Origin: Prochlorococcus sp. AG-679-M23
Lineage (GTDB): Bacteria > Cyanobacteriota > Cyanobacteriia > PCC-6307 > Cyanobiaceae
DNA: 28,372 bases
Assembly: GCA_003208875.1 (NCBI GenBank)
Contig: QCUR01000010.1
Coordinates: forward strand, 1-28,372
Reading direction: 5' to 3'
The notes under the pieces: generated by a model
Told to the model about the DNA's origin: nothing
The model's database searches: none
The model's input: the letters and a program-made list of their open reading frames with translations, nothing else
Shown here: positions 9,648 through 18,026 of the stretch, one piece after another
Layout: each line of letters begins with the position of its first letter
How positions within the stretch are numbered: the first letter of the stretch is position 1
Position numbers and translations under genes: made by a program

Positions 9648-9803
9648 TTACGGGATGAAATGAGATGATAATATTTCTAAGAATTTCCCAATATCTTTTT
9701 TATATAAACTGTCAGTAATTTTTAGAGAGAACAATTCATTTTCGTTCAATTTTTCCTTTTGATTATCAAAATTAACATTTCCTTTAAACGTAATGTTTTG
9801 CAT
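9648..9803 (-). CDS. Small hypothetical protein (51 aa), not in ORF track
   Basis: MQNITFKGNVNFDNQKEKLNENELFSLKITDSLYKKDIGKFLEILSSHFIP*; collinear with its neighbours. Confidence 0.6.
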   Translation of the reverse strand: MQNITFKGNVNFDNQKEKLNENELFSLKITDSLYKKDIGKFLEILSSHFIP

Positions 9804-9896
9804 GAAAAAAATAATTTATTACTATTTAAAATTTAAGCAATTTATCTGAAATAGCAATTTTCTTTACATAATGTTTTGTCTTTTTAGCCCTAATGT

Positions 9897-10214
9897 CTAT
9901 ATAACCTTATCTATGAGATAAAAAATTGTATTTAATATACTTAAGACTAAGGTAATAAAGGATGCTAGAACAGGCAATAGATAAAACCATAATTGGGATG
10001 TTTTCATGGCTGAATCTATTGGTAAAAACTTTTCACTCCTTTTTATTCTTATTTGTAACCAAAAAATTGATAATGGATAAATTACCTTTGCGAAGGTAAT
10101 AAATATAGAAAATAAATATCCTTTTTTTGAATAGAGTATGTAACCTGAAAATAAATATAAAAACCAAATAAGGGATCTTTGCAATAATAATAATTTTTTG
10201 CTTCTGCTACTCAT
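9897..10214 (-). CDS. Hypothetical membrane protein (about 3 TM)
   Basis: 105 aa with three hydrophobic segments; 16 bp downstream of the GNAT gene. Confidence 0.65.
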   Translation of the reverse strand: MSSRSKKLLLLQRSLIWFLYLFSGYILYSKKGYLFSIFITFAKVIYPLSIFWLQIRIKRSEKFLPIDSAMKTSQLWFYLLPVLASFITLVLSILNTIFYLIDKVI

Positions 10215-10230
10215 TTTTTTATTTAAGCAA

Positions 10231-10692
10231 TTAAAAATTTTTTATCATCTTATATCTTTCAAATGTTATATTCTTGATAATTATTTTTTCTTTACGAATT
10301 ATTTTCCAGCTACTTTTTAGAAATAATTTATAACTAATTAAGCTTGCTTCTGTTGTTAAGCAAGGTAAACCCTCTTTTATGGCTTCCTTTTCTATTTTTT
10401 GAAGTAACTTTGTCCCATAACCTTTCCTTTGTGAATCTCCTCTGCAATATAAAAGGGAAATTCTATTATTTGGATATCTTGAGGCAAAAGCAACTATCTT
10501 CTCTCTTTCATTAATAAGCCATCCTTTACCTTCCTTTAAGGATAAATTAAAATATTTATTATCCCAGGCTTGACTTGCCCAAGCTCTTTTTTGTTCTGAA
10601 GTATAAATTTTCTCATCTATAGAAATTATTGAATCAAAATATATTTTTTTTAAATCAAGTTGATCTTTTTGGGTAATTTGTTTTAAATTCAT
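10231..10692 (-). CDS. GNAT-family N-acetyltransferase (YafP-like)
   Basis: YTSEQKRAWA, QRKGYGTKLL acetyl-CoA motif, TEASLIS; ATG at 10692 avoids overlap with the peptidase E gene. Confidence 0.9.
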   Translation of the reverse strand: MNLKQITQKDQLDLKKIYFDSIISIDEKIYTSEQKRAWASQAWDNKYFNLSLKEGKGWLINEREKIVAFASRYPNNRISLLYCRGDSQRKGYGTKLLQKIEKEAIKEGLPCLTTEASLISYKLFLKSSWKIIRKEKIIIKNITFERYKMIKNF

Positions 10693-10712
10693 TGAGTTGA
10701 GTTCAAATTGCA

Positions 10713-11411
10713 ATGTCAAATAAAAATATTGTGGCAATTGGAGGTGGAGGTTTTGGAAGGTCCTTAGGTGAACTTAAGATAGAGAAATATATTACGTCAT
10801 TAGTTAAAAAGGAAAGACCTAAAATCTGCTTTATTCCTACTGCATCAGGAGATAATGATTCATATAAATTAAATTTTTATAGAGCTTTTTCAAAATTAAA
10901 TTGTATAACTAGTCATCTTGATTTCTTTTCAAGAACAGAAAACTTGGAAAATAAAATTCTATCCCAAGATATTATTTATGTTGGTGGAGGAAATACAAAA
11001 AGTATGTTGGCGGTTTGGAAAGAATGGGATCTGCATAATATTCTGAAAATTGCTTATGAAAAAGGCATAATAATGAGTGGTGTCAGTGCAGGCGCGATAT
11101 GCTGGTTTGATTATGGAATTACGGACTCTTTCTCTGATAAATTAGAGATAATAAATTGTTTGGGAATAATAAAGGGGATAGCATGCCCTCATTATGATGA
11201 GGAAAAAGAAAGAGAACCTTTCGTTAAAAAAATAATTAAAAACCAAAGAATTGATTCTTGTATTTGTATAGAAGGCAATTGTGCCTTGCATATTAAAAAT
11301 GATTTTAATTATGTATCAATTAATTTTGGAAATAAAAAGAAGTGTATAAAAATATCTAGTGAAAATAATGAATTAATTAAAGAATATTTTAAAAATTATG
11401 ATTGTATATAA
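10713..11411 (+). CDS. pepE: Peptidase E (S51 family)
   Basis: FIPTAS, IYVGGGNT, GVSAGA nucleophile elbow and CPHY. Confidence 0.9.
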   Translation: MSNKNIVAIGGGGFGRSLGELKIEKYITSLVKKERPKICFIPTASGDNDSYKLNFYRAFSKLNCITSHLDFFSRTENLENKILSQDIIYVGGGNTKSMLAVWKEWDLHNILKIAYEKGIIMSGVSAGAICWFDYGITDSFSDKLEIINCLGIIKGIACPHYDEEKEREPFVKKIIKNQRIDSCICIEGNCALHIKNDFNYVSINFGNKKKCIKISSENNELIKEYFKNYDCI

Positions 11412-11415
11412 AAAA

Positions 11416-11820
11416 CTATATATCTTCGTTTTTTGCGATTGATACTAATTCCAGACCCTTATATTTTATAAAAGAAGCTGTCCATATTTCTTTTGATAGA
11501 TTACCTAAATATTTTAAAAATTGTGTTGTATCACCGTCTCTTATCCATTCAGATTTTATAAATGGAAGTTCTTTCTGCATTCTTTTTGGATGCATATGAA
11601 CTAATATTAGGCCTTTATCTTCGGATACTCTTTTTAAGGCTCCCTCATCACTTCTTTGGAAAACTCTTAAAAGAAGATTTAGAATTACTTCTTCCCCAAG
11701 TTTAATTAAATTACCTTCTTCTTCTAGTTTTTCTTTAATCTCTTTCCCACCTAAAGGCATTGCTCTGACGTTATTTTGCTCTATTAATGCAATTGCAATT
11801 AGATAATCCTGACTTGCCAT
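11416..11820 (-). CDS. Hypothetical protein
   Basis: 134-aa ATG ORF with globular composition (YLIAIALIEQNNVRAMPLGGK...LPFIKSEWI). Confidence 0.8.
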   Translation of the reverse strand: MASQDYLIAIALIEQNNVRAMPLGGKEIKEKLEEEGNLIKLGEEVILNLLLRVFQRSDEGALKRVSEDKGLILVHMHPKRMQKELPFIKSEWIRDGDTTQFLKYLGNLSKEIWTASFIKYKGLELVSIAKNEDI

Positions 11821-11986
11821 ATTTTTTTGTAATCTTGTTTAGATTATTCTAACCCCTCGACCTCTTCATATATTTCATTTAATAAGAATAATTGTATTAA
11901 TAAAAATACAAAATTATAAGGCATTTTTTTGTAAGTTCTTCCAATCTTTATTTTCTACAAAATATAATTATATTTATAGTGTTTTT

Positions 11987-12273
11987 ATTGTTTTTCATAT
12001 TAGAAATTCATTTTTATTATTATCAGGATTAGTTTTAGGTTTATTGACTTCTTGGCCAGGGATAGTTATACATAACAATTGGAAATGCTTTAAAGATATA
12101 ATCGAAAAATCTTCCAAAGAACAAATCTCTTTAAAGATATAATTGAAAAATCTTCCAAAGAACAAATCTCTTTAAAGGCTGCTTTAGCTGTTTCTCCAAA
12201 TTACATATTAAAAGGTAATAGAATAAATAATAATTCAAAAATAAGAGTTGTGTTTTACGCATGCTTTCGTTAA
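11987..12273 (+). pseudogene. Small membrane-anchored protein gene broken by a 41-bp tandem duplication
   Basis: Removing one repeat copy gives ...HIRNSFLLLSGLVLGLLTSWPGIVIHNNWKCFKDIIEKSSKEQISLKAALAVSPNYILKG...KIRVVFYACFR*. As sequenced, the frame stops (ATA TAA) inside copy 2. Start codon uncertain. Confidence 0.7.
12088..12177. repeat. 41-bp tandem duplication (2 copies plus 8-bp microhomology)
   Basis: CTTTAAAGATATAAT(C/T)GAAAAATCTTCCAAAGAACAAATCT at 12088-12128 and 12129-12169, then CTTTAAAG; one mismatch between copies. Confidence 0.95.
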
Positions 12274-12307
12274 CTCTTTTTACTTATAAATTTTTTATAA
12301 TTGGAAC

Positions 12308-13126
12308 ATGTTAAATGATTTAAGATTCGAATTATCTTTTAAAAATACTTTTCAATTAGATAATAAACTTAATTTTTGCATTTCCAACAATATTAATAAA
12401 ATCAATATCCCATGCAAAGGGGTAATAAAAAAAGAATTCCTAAATGAGACTATAAAATATATTGGTGAAAACTATAAAAATTTAGATGTCACATATCATT
12501 ATAGTCTTTATCATCAATATACAAAGAATAGAGAATATTCATATTTAGAGTTTTTAAATTTTATTAAAAAATGTAAGTTTTATAAAAATAAGGAAATTTT
12601 ACTAGTTTCAGGATCTAATAAGAAAAAAAACTTTGAAGTATTAGATGTATTGAATGATTTTAAAAATGAAAAAAATTTAAATATTAATATAGGAGTTGCT
12701 TATAACCCTTACTTGAAAAATCATTACAATATTGGTGTAGAAAGAGAAAGAATAAAAAGGAAATTTTCTTCTAGATTAACTAAATCAATCTGGCTTCAAT
12801 TTGGAACTGATATTAAATTACTTGAAAAAGAAATTAATTTTTTAAAAGATTCTGTTCTTAATAATTCATCTCATAGTAAAGATAAAAATGTGAAAATTTT
12901 CGGAAGCTTATTAATTCCATCAAAGGAATTTATTTCCCGATTTAAATTTCGTCCATGGAAAGGGGTTTTTATTTCAGAGAAGTATCTTAATTCTCTAGAT
13001 GATTTTTACGCATTTACAAAAGATTTAATTGAAATCTATCTTGATAACAATATTTGTCCAATAATTGAAACTGAATGTTCTTCAATAAAAAAATTACAAG
13101 ATATTTATTCTTTAATAAAAAAATAA
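12308..13126 (+). CDS. Divergent MTHFR-like (FAD-linked oxidoreductase TIM-barrel) protein
   Basis: Ordered motifs RFEL, INIP, TYHYS, ILLVSGS, IGVAYNPY, ERIKRK, IWLQFGTD and KIFGSLLIP parallel those of MetF. Confidence 0.6.
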   Translation: MLNDLRFELSFKNTFQLDNKLNFCISNNINKINIPCKGVIKKEFLNETIKYIGENYKNLDVTYHYSLYHQYTKNREYSYLEFLNFIKKCKFYKNKEILLVSGSNKKKNFEVLDVLNDFKNEKNLNINIGVAYNPYLKNHYNIGVERERIKRKFSSRLTKSIWLQFGTDIKLLEKEINFLKDSVLNNSSHSKDKNVKIFGSLLIPSKEFISRFKFRPWKGVFISEKYLNSLDDFYAFTKDLIEIYLDNNICPIIETECSSIKKLQDIYSLIKK

Positions 13127-13139
13127 CTACATAATAATT

Positions 13140-14303
13140 ATGATTAATGATACTTTTTATGATATTGCGATTATTGGTGGGGGAATATCTTCATGTGTTT
13201 TTTCCTCTTTTCATCTGAAAAATGGCTATCAAGGTAGGATTGCCATTATAGAAAATGGTAGAAATCTTGGAGGACGTTCTAGTACAAGAAATAGTATTAG
13301 TAATAGTGGGTGGCAACTCAATCATGGTTCCCCTAATTTCAATATTTGCAACAGTAATAATAATCAGTTGTTGAAAGCTTTCATTCAGGAATTATTAGAT
13401 TCAAAAATTATCCAATCAGATCCTTCTGATTTAATTGAATTATATGAAGATCCTAGAGATCAAAAAAAAATAATCTGCGATTTTCATAGTTGCAAAAATT
13501 ATACTTCAAGCTCTTCTATGACTGATTTATCAAGAAATATAATTAATCATAATAATTTGAAAAATCAAGTTGATTTTTTCTTTCAAACTTTAATAGTCAA
13601 ATTAAAATATGAAAATAATTATTGGATTTTAACCTCAAAAAATGGCTATAAATTCAAGGCGAAATTTCTTGTATGTTCAAGTAATTTAATTTTACATAAA
13701 AGATCTTTAGATATTTTGAAGATAAATCAAATACCATTGAGGGAAGCTATTCCAATAAATAATGATAAAAAAATTGATACAATTTTAAATCTTCTTAATA
13801 AGCAAGAATATGTTCAAAGATTAACTTTTTTGGTTTATACAAAATCCAATTATAGTTATAAAGATAACTATAAGAATAGATTTAGGTATTTTCTTTTAAA
13901 TAATCTTTTAGAAGAAAAATTTAAATTTGAAAGGATTATATTTCAAAAACAAATTAATAATCAAATAGGTATTGTCCTACATACTAGAAACAAAAAATTT
14001 ATAACTGAATATTTTCAATGCAATAATAAAAATAAATTTAAAAATATCTTATTAGATAAATTCAATCAAATATTCGATGAAAATTATTATATAAATAAAC
14101 TAATAGATTATCAGGATATTTCTATAATGATATGGAGAGCATCTCAACCATCTGGTTTAGGGATACCTGAAAATTTGCAAGTTTGTGAAAAATATAATAT
14201 AGCTTTTTGTGGTGATTGGTTCGACTTAGAGGGGTTTGGTAGGATTGAAGGTGCAATATTGAGTGCTTTAAAATTGTCTTATAAGATTAGATCACTATAT
14301 TAA
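13140..14303 (+). CDS. Renalase-like NAD/FAD-dependent oxidoreductase
   Basis: IAIIGGGISS dinucleotide fold, GRNLGGRSSTR, LNHGSPNF, WRASQP and FCGDWF...RIEGAILSA. Confidence 0.88.
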   Translation: MINDTFYDIAIIGGGISSCVFSSFHLKNGYQGRIAIIENGRNLGGRSSTRNSISNSGWQLNHGSPNFNICNSNNNQLLKAFIQELLDSKIIQSDPSDLIELYEDPRDQKKIICDFHSCKNYTSSSSMTDLSRNIINHNNLKNQVDFFFQTLIVKLKYENNYWILTSKNGYKFKAKFLVCSSNLILHKRSLDILKINQIPLREAIPINNDKKIDTILNLLNKQEYVQRLTFLVYTKSNYSYKDNYKNRFRYFLLNNLLEEKFKFERIIFQKQINNQIGIVLHTRNKKFITEYFQCNNKNKFKNILLDKFNQIFDENYYINKLIDYQDISIMIWRASQPSGLGIPENLQVCEKYNIAFCGDWFDLEGFGRIEGAILSALKLSYKIRSLY

Positions 14304-14897
14304 TTTTTTTTTCAATAGAAGGTCTATATCACTTTTCTTCCTAATGACAATTGTGTTGAAATATTTTCTTGAATTACATTTATTTTTATTTTTATGAAAT
14401 AATTCCCATGCTTTTATAAAGTCTCTTCTTGCACGATCTTTACTTTTCCCTCTTTCTAAAAAATCTCTTTTAATTACTCTATTCAAACAAGTTTGTTTAT
14501 TAGCTTTTAATTTAATTAAAAGGCAATTTTCTTTTGAAAGAGTTTTTAATATTTCTTGTCCAAATATTCCTTCTATGATAAGAAATCTTATATTTTTAGT
14601 ATTTTGATAAACTTTTTTTATAGATTTACTTTTGAAATTATATTTATAATAGAAATCAGAAAATCCGTTTTTTACAATAAATTCTAGATCTCTTTTAAAT
14701 AATCCAAAGTTGAAGCTTATTTTTCTGTCAAAATACGAAGTTAATGTTCGTGATAATATTTGACTTAATATACCTGTTCTGTAGTAATTATCTGTATTTA
14801 ATATTATTCCATTTTTAATTTTTTTTAAAATCCTTTTGGATAGTGTAGTTTTCCCGCTCCCAGATGGTCCACTAATAACTATTAATTGCATATTCAA
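14295..14897 (-). CDS. Uridine kinase/phosphoribulokinase-family P-loop kinase
   Basis: SGPSGSGKTT Walker A, TDNYY, LIIEGIF and RVIKRD...RG. Alternative ATG at 14891. Confidence 0.82.
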   Translation of the reverse strand: MNMQLIVISGPSGSGKTTLSKRILKKIKNGIILNTDNYYRTGILSQILSRTLTSYFDRKISFNFGLFKRDLEFIVKNGFSDFYYKYNFKSKSIKKVYQNTKNIRFLIIEGIFGQEILKTLSKENCLLIKLKANKQTCLNRVIKRDFLERGKSKDRARRDFIKAWELFHKNKNKCNSRKYFNTIVIRKKSDIDLLLKKKLI

Positions 14898-15112
14898 AAA
14901 TCAGTTGAATAAGATTGAAGAAACGTATCTCATAATAGTTAAGTAAAAAAAAATTAATAAGTCAATTTATTATTAAATTTTGGGATGGTTTTAGCTTAAT
15001 AATATGATTGAAATCATTTTTATCTTAGAAATTAAATTTCGGATTTATTTTTAGTAGAGTACATGTATGTAAAATAATTTCAAAGGATTTTTTATTAACT
15101 TAAATTATAAAA

Positions 15113-15182
15113 AAATATCTAATTTTCAATTAAATATCTAATTTTCAATTAAATATCTAATTTTCAATTAAATATCTAATTT
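15113..15182. repeat. 19-bp tandem repeat, 3 perfect copies plus a partial copy
   Basis: AAATATCTAATTTTCAATT at 15113, 15132 and 15151, then 13 bp of a fourth copy. Confidence 0.95.
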
Positions 15183-15447
15183 GAATTATTAAATTGTAAA
15201 AAATAAATTTATTATTTCATTCTTGGATTAGATCCACAAATTAAATATAAACTTTAAAAATATTTATATAGTTCCGCATTTAATTTTTAACTTGCATCAT
15301 AAATAAAAATATGACTTAATATAGATGTAAATAAAAATTAATTTCTATCATTTCTTTTTACAATTATTATTGATTGTTTGAAAAAATTAATTTATTTTTT
15401 TTTTTTTTGAAATGTAGAATTTACTAAATTATCTAATTTTTGAATAA

Positions 15448-15780
15448 ATGATTACTAAATTTTTAAGCAAGTTAAAATCAATCCTATTTAAGAGCGAGAC
15501 CTCTACAGAAATCCCTTTACCTAAAAAAACTGTATCAAAAACCAAGAAGAAGTCTTTAAAGTCTTCTAAGGCCTCTAAATCTAAAACAAAGAAAGATGAT
15601 TCGAAAAAAATAATAGAATCTTTTAAAGCTATTCCTGGTGTAGGAGCTAAGAGTGCAGAGGCCTTTTATAAGGCTGGTTTTAAAACTCCAAAGTCAATCA
15701 CTTCTGCAAAAGATGAAGCTCTTCTTGCTGTTCCTGGAGTTGGAATCAATCTTGTTAAGAAACTAAAGAATATAAAATAA
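15448..15780 (+). CDS. Tandem helix-hairpin-helix DNA-binding protein with Lys/Ser-rich linker
   Basis: AIPGVGAKSA and AVPGVGINLV HhH motifs; low-complexity basic linker. Confidence 0.88.
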   Translation: MITKFLSKLKSILFKSETSTEIPLPKKTVSKTKKKSLKSSKASKSKTKKDDSKKIIESFKAIPGVGAKSAEAFYKAGFKTPKSITSAKDEALLAVPGVGINLVKKLKNIK

Positions 15781-15805
15781 AAAATATCAACATTAATTTT
15801 ATAAA

Positions 15806-15836
15806 GTTTAACTATAGAATTTTATAATAGTTAAAC
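15806..15836. terminator. Inverted repeat between convergent genes (possible terminator)
   Basis: GTTTAACTAT-N11-ATAGTTAAAC between the HhH gene and rpsU; AT-rich stem with no clear U-tract. Confidence 0.45.
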
Positions 15837-15917
15837 AAGGTATTTACTAAACTTTCTTAGTATTCAATTATAAATTTCCAGAATTTAAATAATTAAAAAT
15901 AATTTTACTTTTATAAA

Positions 15918-16094
15918 TTATCTTCTTCTTGCTTTTCTTCTTTGTTGTAATTTTCTCTTATATTTTTCAATAGGAGTTTCATGATGTCTTAATCTTTTTA
16001 AATCAGCAAATATCCCTGATTTTGAGACTTGCCTTTTAAATCTTCTAAGGGCAGATTCTATTCCCTCATTTTCTCCAACAGTAACTTGAGTCAA
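15918..16094 (-). CDS. rpsU: 30S ribosomal protein bS21, not in ORF track
   Basis: TTG start; [58 protein letters not shown] (58 aa). Confidence 0.97.
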
Positions 16095-16182
16095 AATTTA
16101 CTAAATAAAGATAATTATAACATTTTAACGCATCTTTTAATGATTTTATAACTCAGTATTTTAAGAATAACTTGGAAGATTC

Positions 16183-16647
16183 TTATTTTCTTTTTGCCCA
16201 ATTAAGAAAATTCTTTTTTGGGTTAAGTATATCCTCTGTAGATTCAAAATAATTCTTTGACCAACTTTCCTTAGATAGGCCTACAAATAACATCAAATTT
16301 AGAGGATATTGATCACTATCTGAGCAGTTTCTAAAATCGTCTCTAAATAAAAATATTTCTTTATTAAGTGCAATAGAAATTCCTAGTTCTACCATTACTC
16401 CCTCATCTGGAGGGTTACCGTTAACAATCGCAAAAATGCAATCACATGACTTTAGATCGTTGAAATTTGCTTTTGCTAGGTCATAAGCCCAATTATTTTT
16501 GTTTGTAATTAAATGCTTTGTTCTCTCAAAAGGTTCATAAACTTCTACATTTAAATTTTGAAATATTTTAATGAATTCAGTTAATAGATTTTTAGTTTGT
16601 TTTGAAAACCCATATGGATTAGCTAAATATAATTTCTTTTTATTCAC
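16183..16647 (-). CDS. Nucleoside 2-deoxyribosyltransferase family protein
   Basis: YLANPYGFS, PDEGVMVELG (nucleophile Glu87) and PLNLM; overlaps the upstream gene by 4 bp (ATGA). Confidence 0.92.
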   Translation of the reverse strand: MNKKKLYLANPYGFSKQTKNLLTEFIKIFQNLNVEVYEPFERTKHLITNKNNWAYDLAKANFNDLKSCDCIFAIVNGNPPDEGVMVELGISIALNKEIFLFRDDFRNCSDSDQYPLNLMLFVGLSKESWSKNYFESTEDILNPKKNFLNWAKRK

Positions 16648-17039
16648 TTTAGCCTCCTTTTACTTTTGTATTCTTTTTTATCTTTAAGCTCATTTTCTTT
16701 ATTTTCCCATGGAAATACTATCCATTCTTCTTTAAGAGATAAATTTACGGTCTTCCACCAAATAGGTTTCTTTTTACTAACTAAGACAAAGAAATTAACA
16801 CCTTCAATATTTTTAAAATTACTTAATGTCATCCCAGTTTCATAAACATCATCAACTATAAGTGAACTTTTTAAGGGCTTTTCAATTAACTGAACATTTA
16901 ATTTATGACTCAAAGCCACTGCAAGGCATAAGCCACCTCTGGGAACACCATATATTCCTGATAATTTAAGTTTTTTGCATTGATTAGCAATATAATCAAC
17001 ACTCTTATCAAATTCGCCCCATGTAAAATACTTTGTCAT
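16644..17039 (-). CDS. Purine phosphoribosyltransferase (Gpt-like type I PRTase)
   Basis: GVPRGGL, LIVDDVYETGMTL PRPP-binding loop and WIVFPWE. Confidence 0.9.
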   Translation of the reverse strand: MTKYFTWGEFDKSVDYIANQCKKLKLSGIYGVPRGGLCLAVALSHKLNVQLIEKPLKSSLIVDDVYETGMTLSNFKNIEGVNFFVLVSKKKPIWWKTVNLSLKEEWIVFPWENKENELKDKKEYKSKRRLK

Positions 17040-17040
17040 T

Positions 17041-17226
17041 CTAATTTTTATTATGTTCTATCATTGGAGCAAAGTTTGAGGCAATTACACTTAATAAGGC
17101 TATTACTTGTTCGTTAGGACAATTTGTCTCTTTTTTTAATTTTTCGCATTCTTTTATTATATTTGTGTATATTTCTTCAACGATTCCATTCATTTGCTCT
17201 TGATTAAATGAATATGGTTTATTCAT
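17041..17226 (-). CDS. Small helical hypothetical protein
   Basis: 61-aa ORF ending 1 bp before the PRTase start; similar to 7421..7606. Confidence 0.75.
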   Translation of the reverse strand: MNKPYSFNQEQMNGIVEEIYTNIIKECEKLKKETNCPNEQVIALLSVIASNFAPMIEHNKN

Positions 17227-17300
17227 ATTTTTTTTTTAAATATATTTTATTTTTACTTGAATATTAAATAAGTAAACATTTTTATTTCAAAAATATGAAA

Positions 17301-17804
17301 TTATTTCCACATTGGCTCATTTGAAACTTTATTTTTCATCATATTTGGCTGATATTTATGAAGATTTTCGATTTCCATCGCAAATTTTTTTGAATCTCCT
17401 GTTATGCTTTTACTTTTAATTAAATTTAATAATGATACTCTTCTTCTGATTTTCAGAAGACCAAGACAGATTTCCCATAATTGCTTATCCTTATATTTTT
17501 CTAACCAGAAATCAAATATACTTTCTAAAAAGTTTAATGGAATATTGAATGAAATCCCTTTTGGAGGCTGATCTAATGAGAAATCATTATTTTTTAAATC
17601 ATTCATTAAGTTATCTAAATTTAAGTTTATTGCATTAAGAATATCTTTAGCTGATTCATGTCCTATTAGTTCTTTTCTATGACATTCCAAAAGAGTTTCA
17701 TCATCAAGTATTTTTAAGTCACTATTTTTGACTCCAATCAGCCAAAAACCTTCATCATTTACTATCCCACTAGCTAAAAACAGAAATAAATATCTATTTT
17801 CCAA
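17301..17804 (-). CDS. Hypothetical protein
   Basis: 167-aa TTG ORF (EGFWLIG, LLECHRKELIG, IFDFWL); no recognised catalytic motif. Confidence 0.75.
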   Translation of the reverse strand: MENRYLFLFLASGIVNDEGFWLIGVKNSDLKILDDETLLECHRKELIGHESAKDILNAINLNLDNLMNDLKNNDFSLDQPPKGISFNIPLNFLESIFDFWLEKYKDKQLWEICLGLLKIRRRVSLLNLIKSKSITGDSKKFAMEIENLHKYQPNMMKNKVSNEPMWK

Positions 17805-18026
17805 AAATAATAATCTCTCTATTCAGTTTTAACATTAAAGAACAAAAAATAAAATAGCTTTGCCACTAAATCATGTTAAAATTTTCTCGCGATTTTGAAA
17901 AAGTATAGATATTATTAAGTTTTATGATGTTTATCAGGAAAGAGTTAAGGCTGATGTTTAATGATCCACTTGATCAATTAGTAATCTATATAAACCTAAA
18001 GTTACTTAAAATTAAAACTCTAAGGA

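Noticed and set aside
9854..9867. GTA-N8-TGC (minus strand) upstream of the 51-aa ORF
   Set aside because: One mismatch and no TAN3T at the 22-nt spacing.
11892..11911. TTGTATT-N6-AATACAA inverted repeat as an NtcA site
   Set aside because: GTA-TAC spacing is 10 nt rather than 8.
15113..15182. 19-bp repeats as a CRISPR array or replication iterons
   Set aside because: Directly abutting copies with no spacers, and no cas or rep gene in the window.
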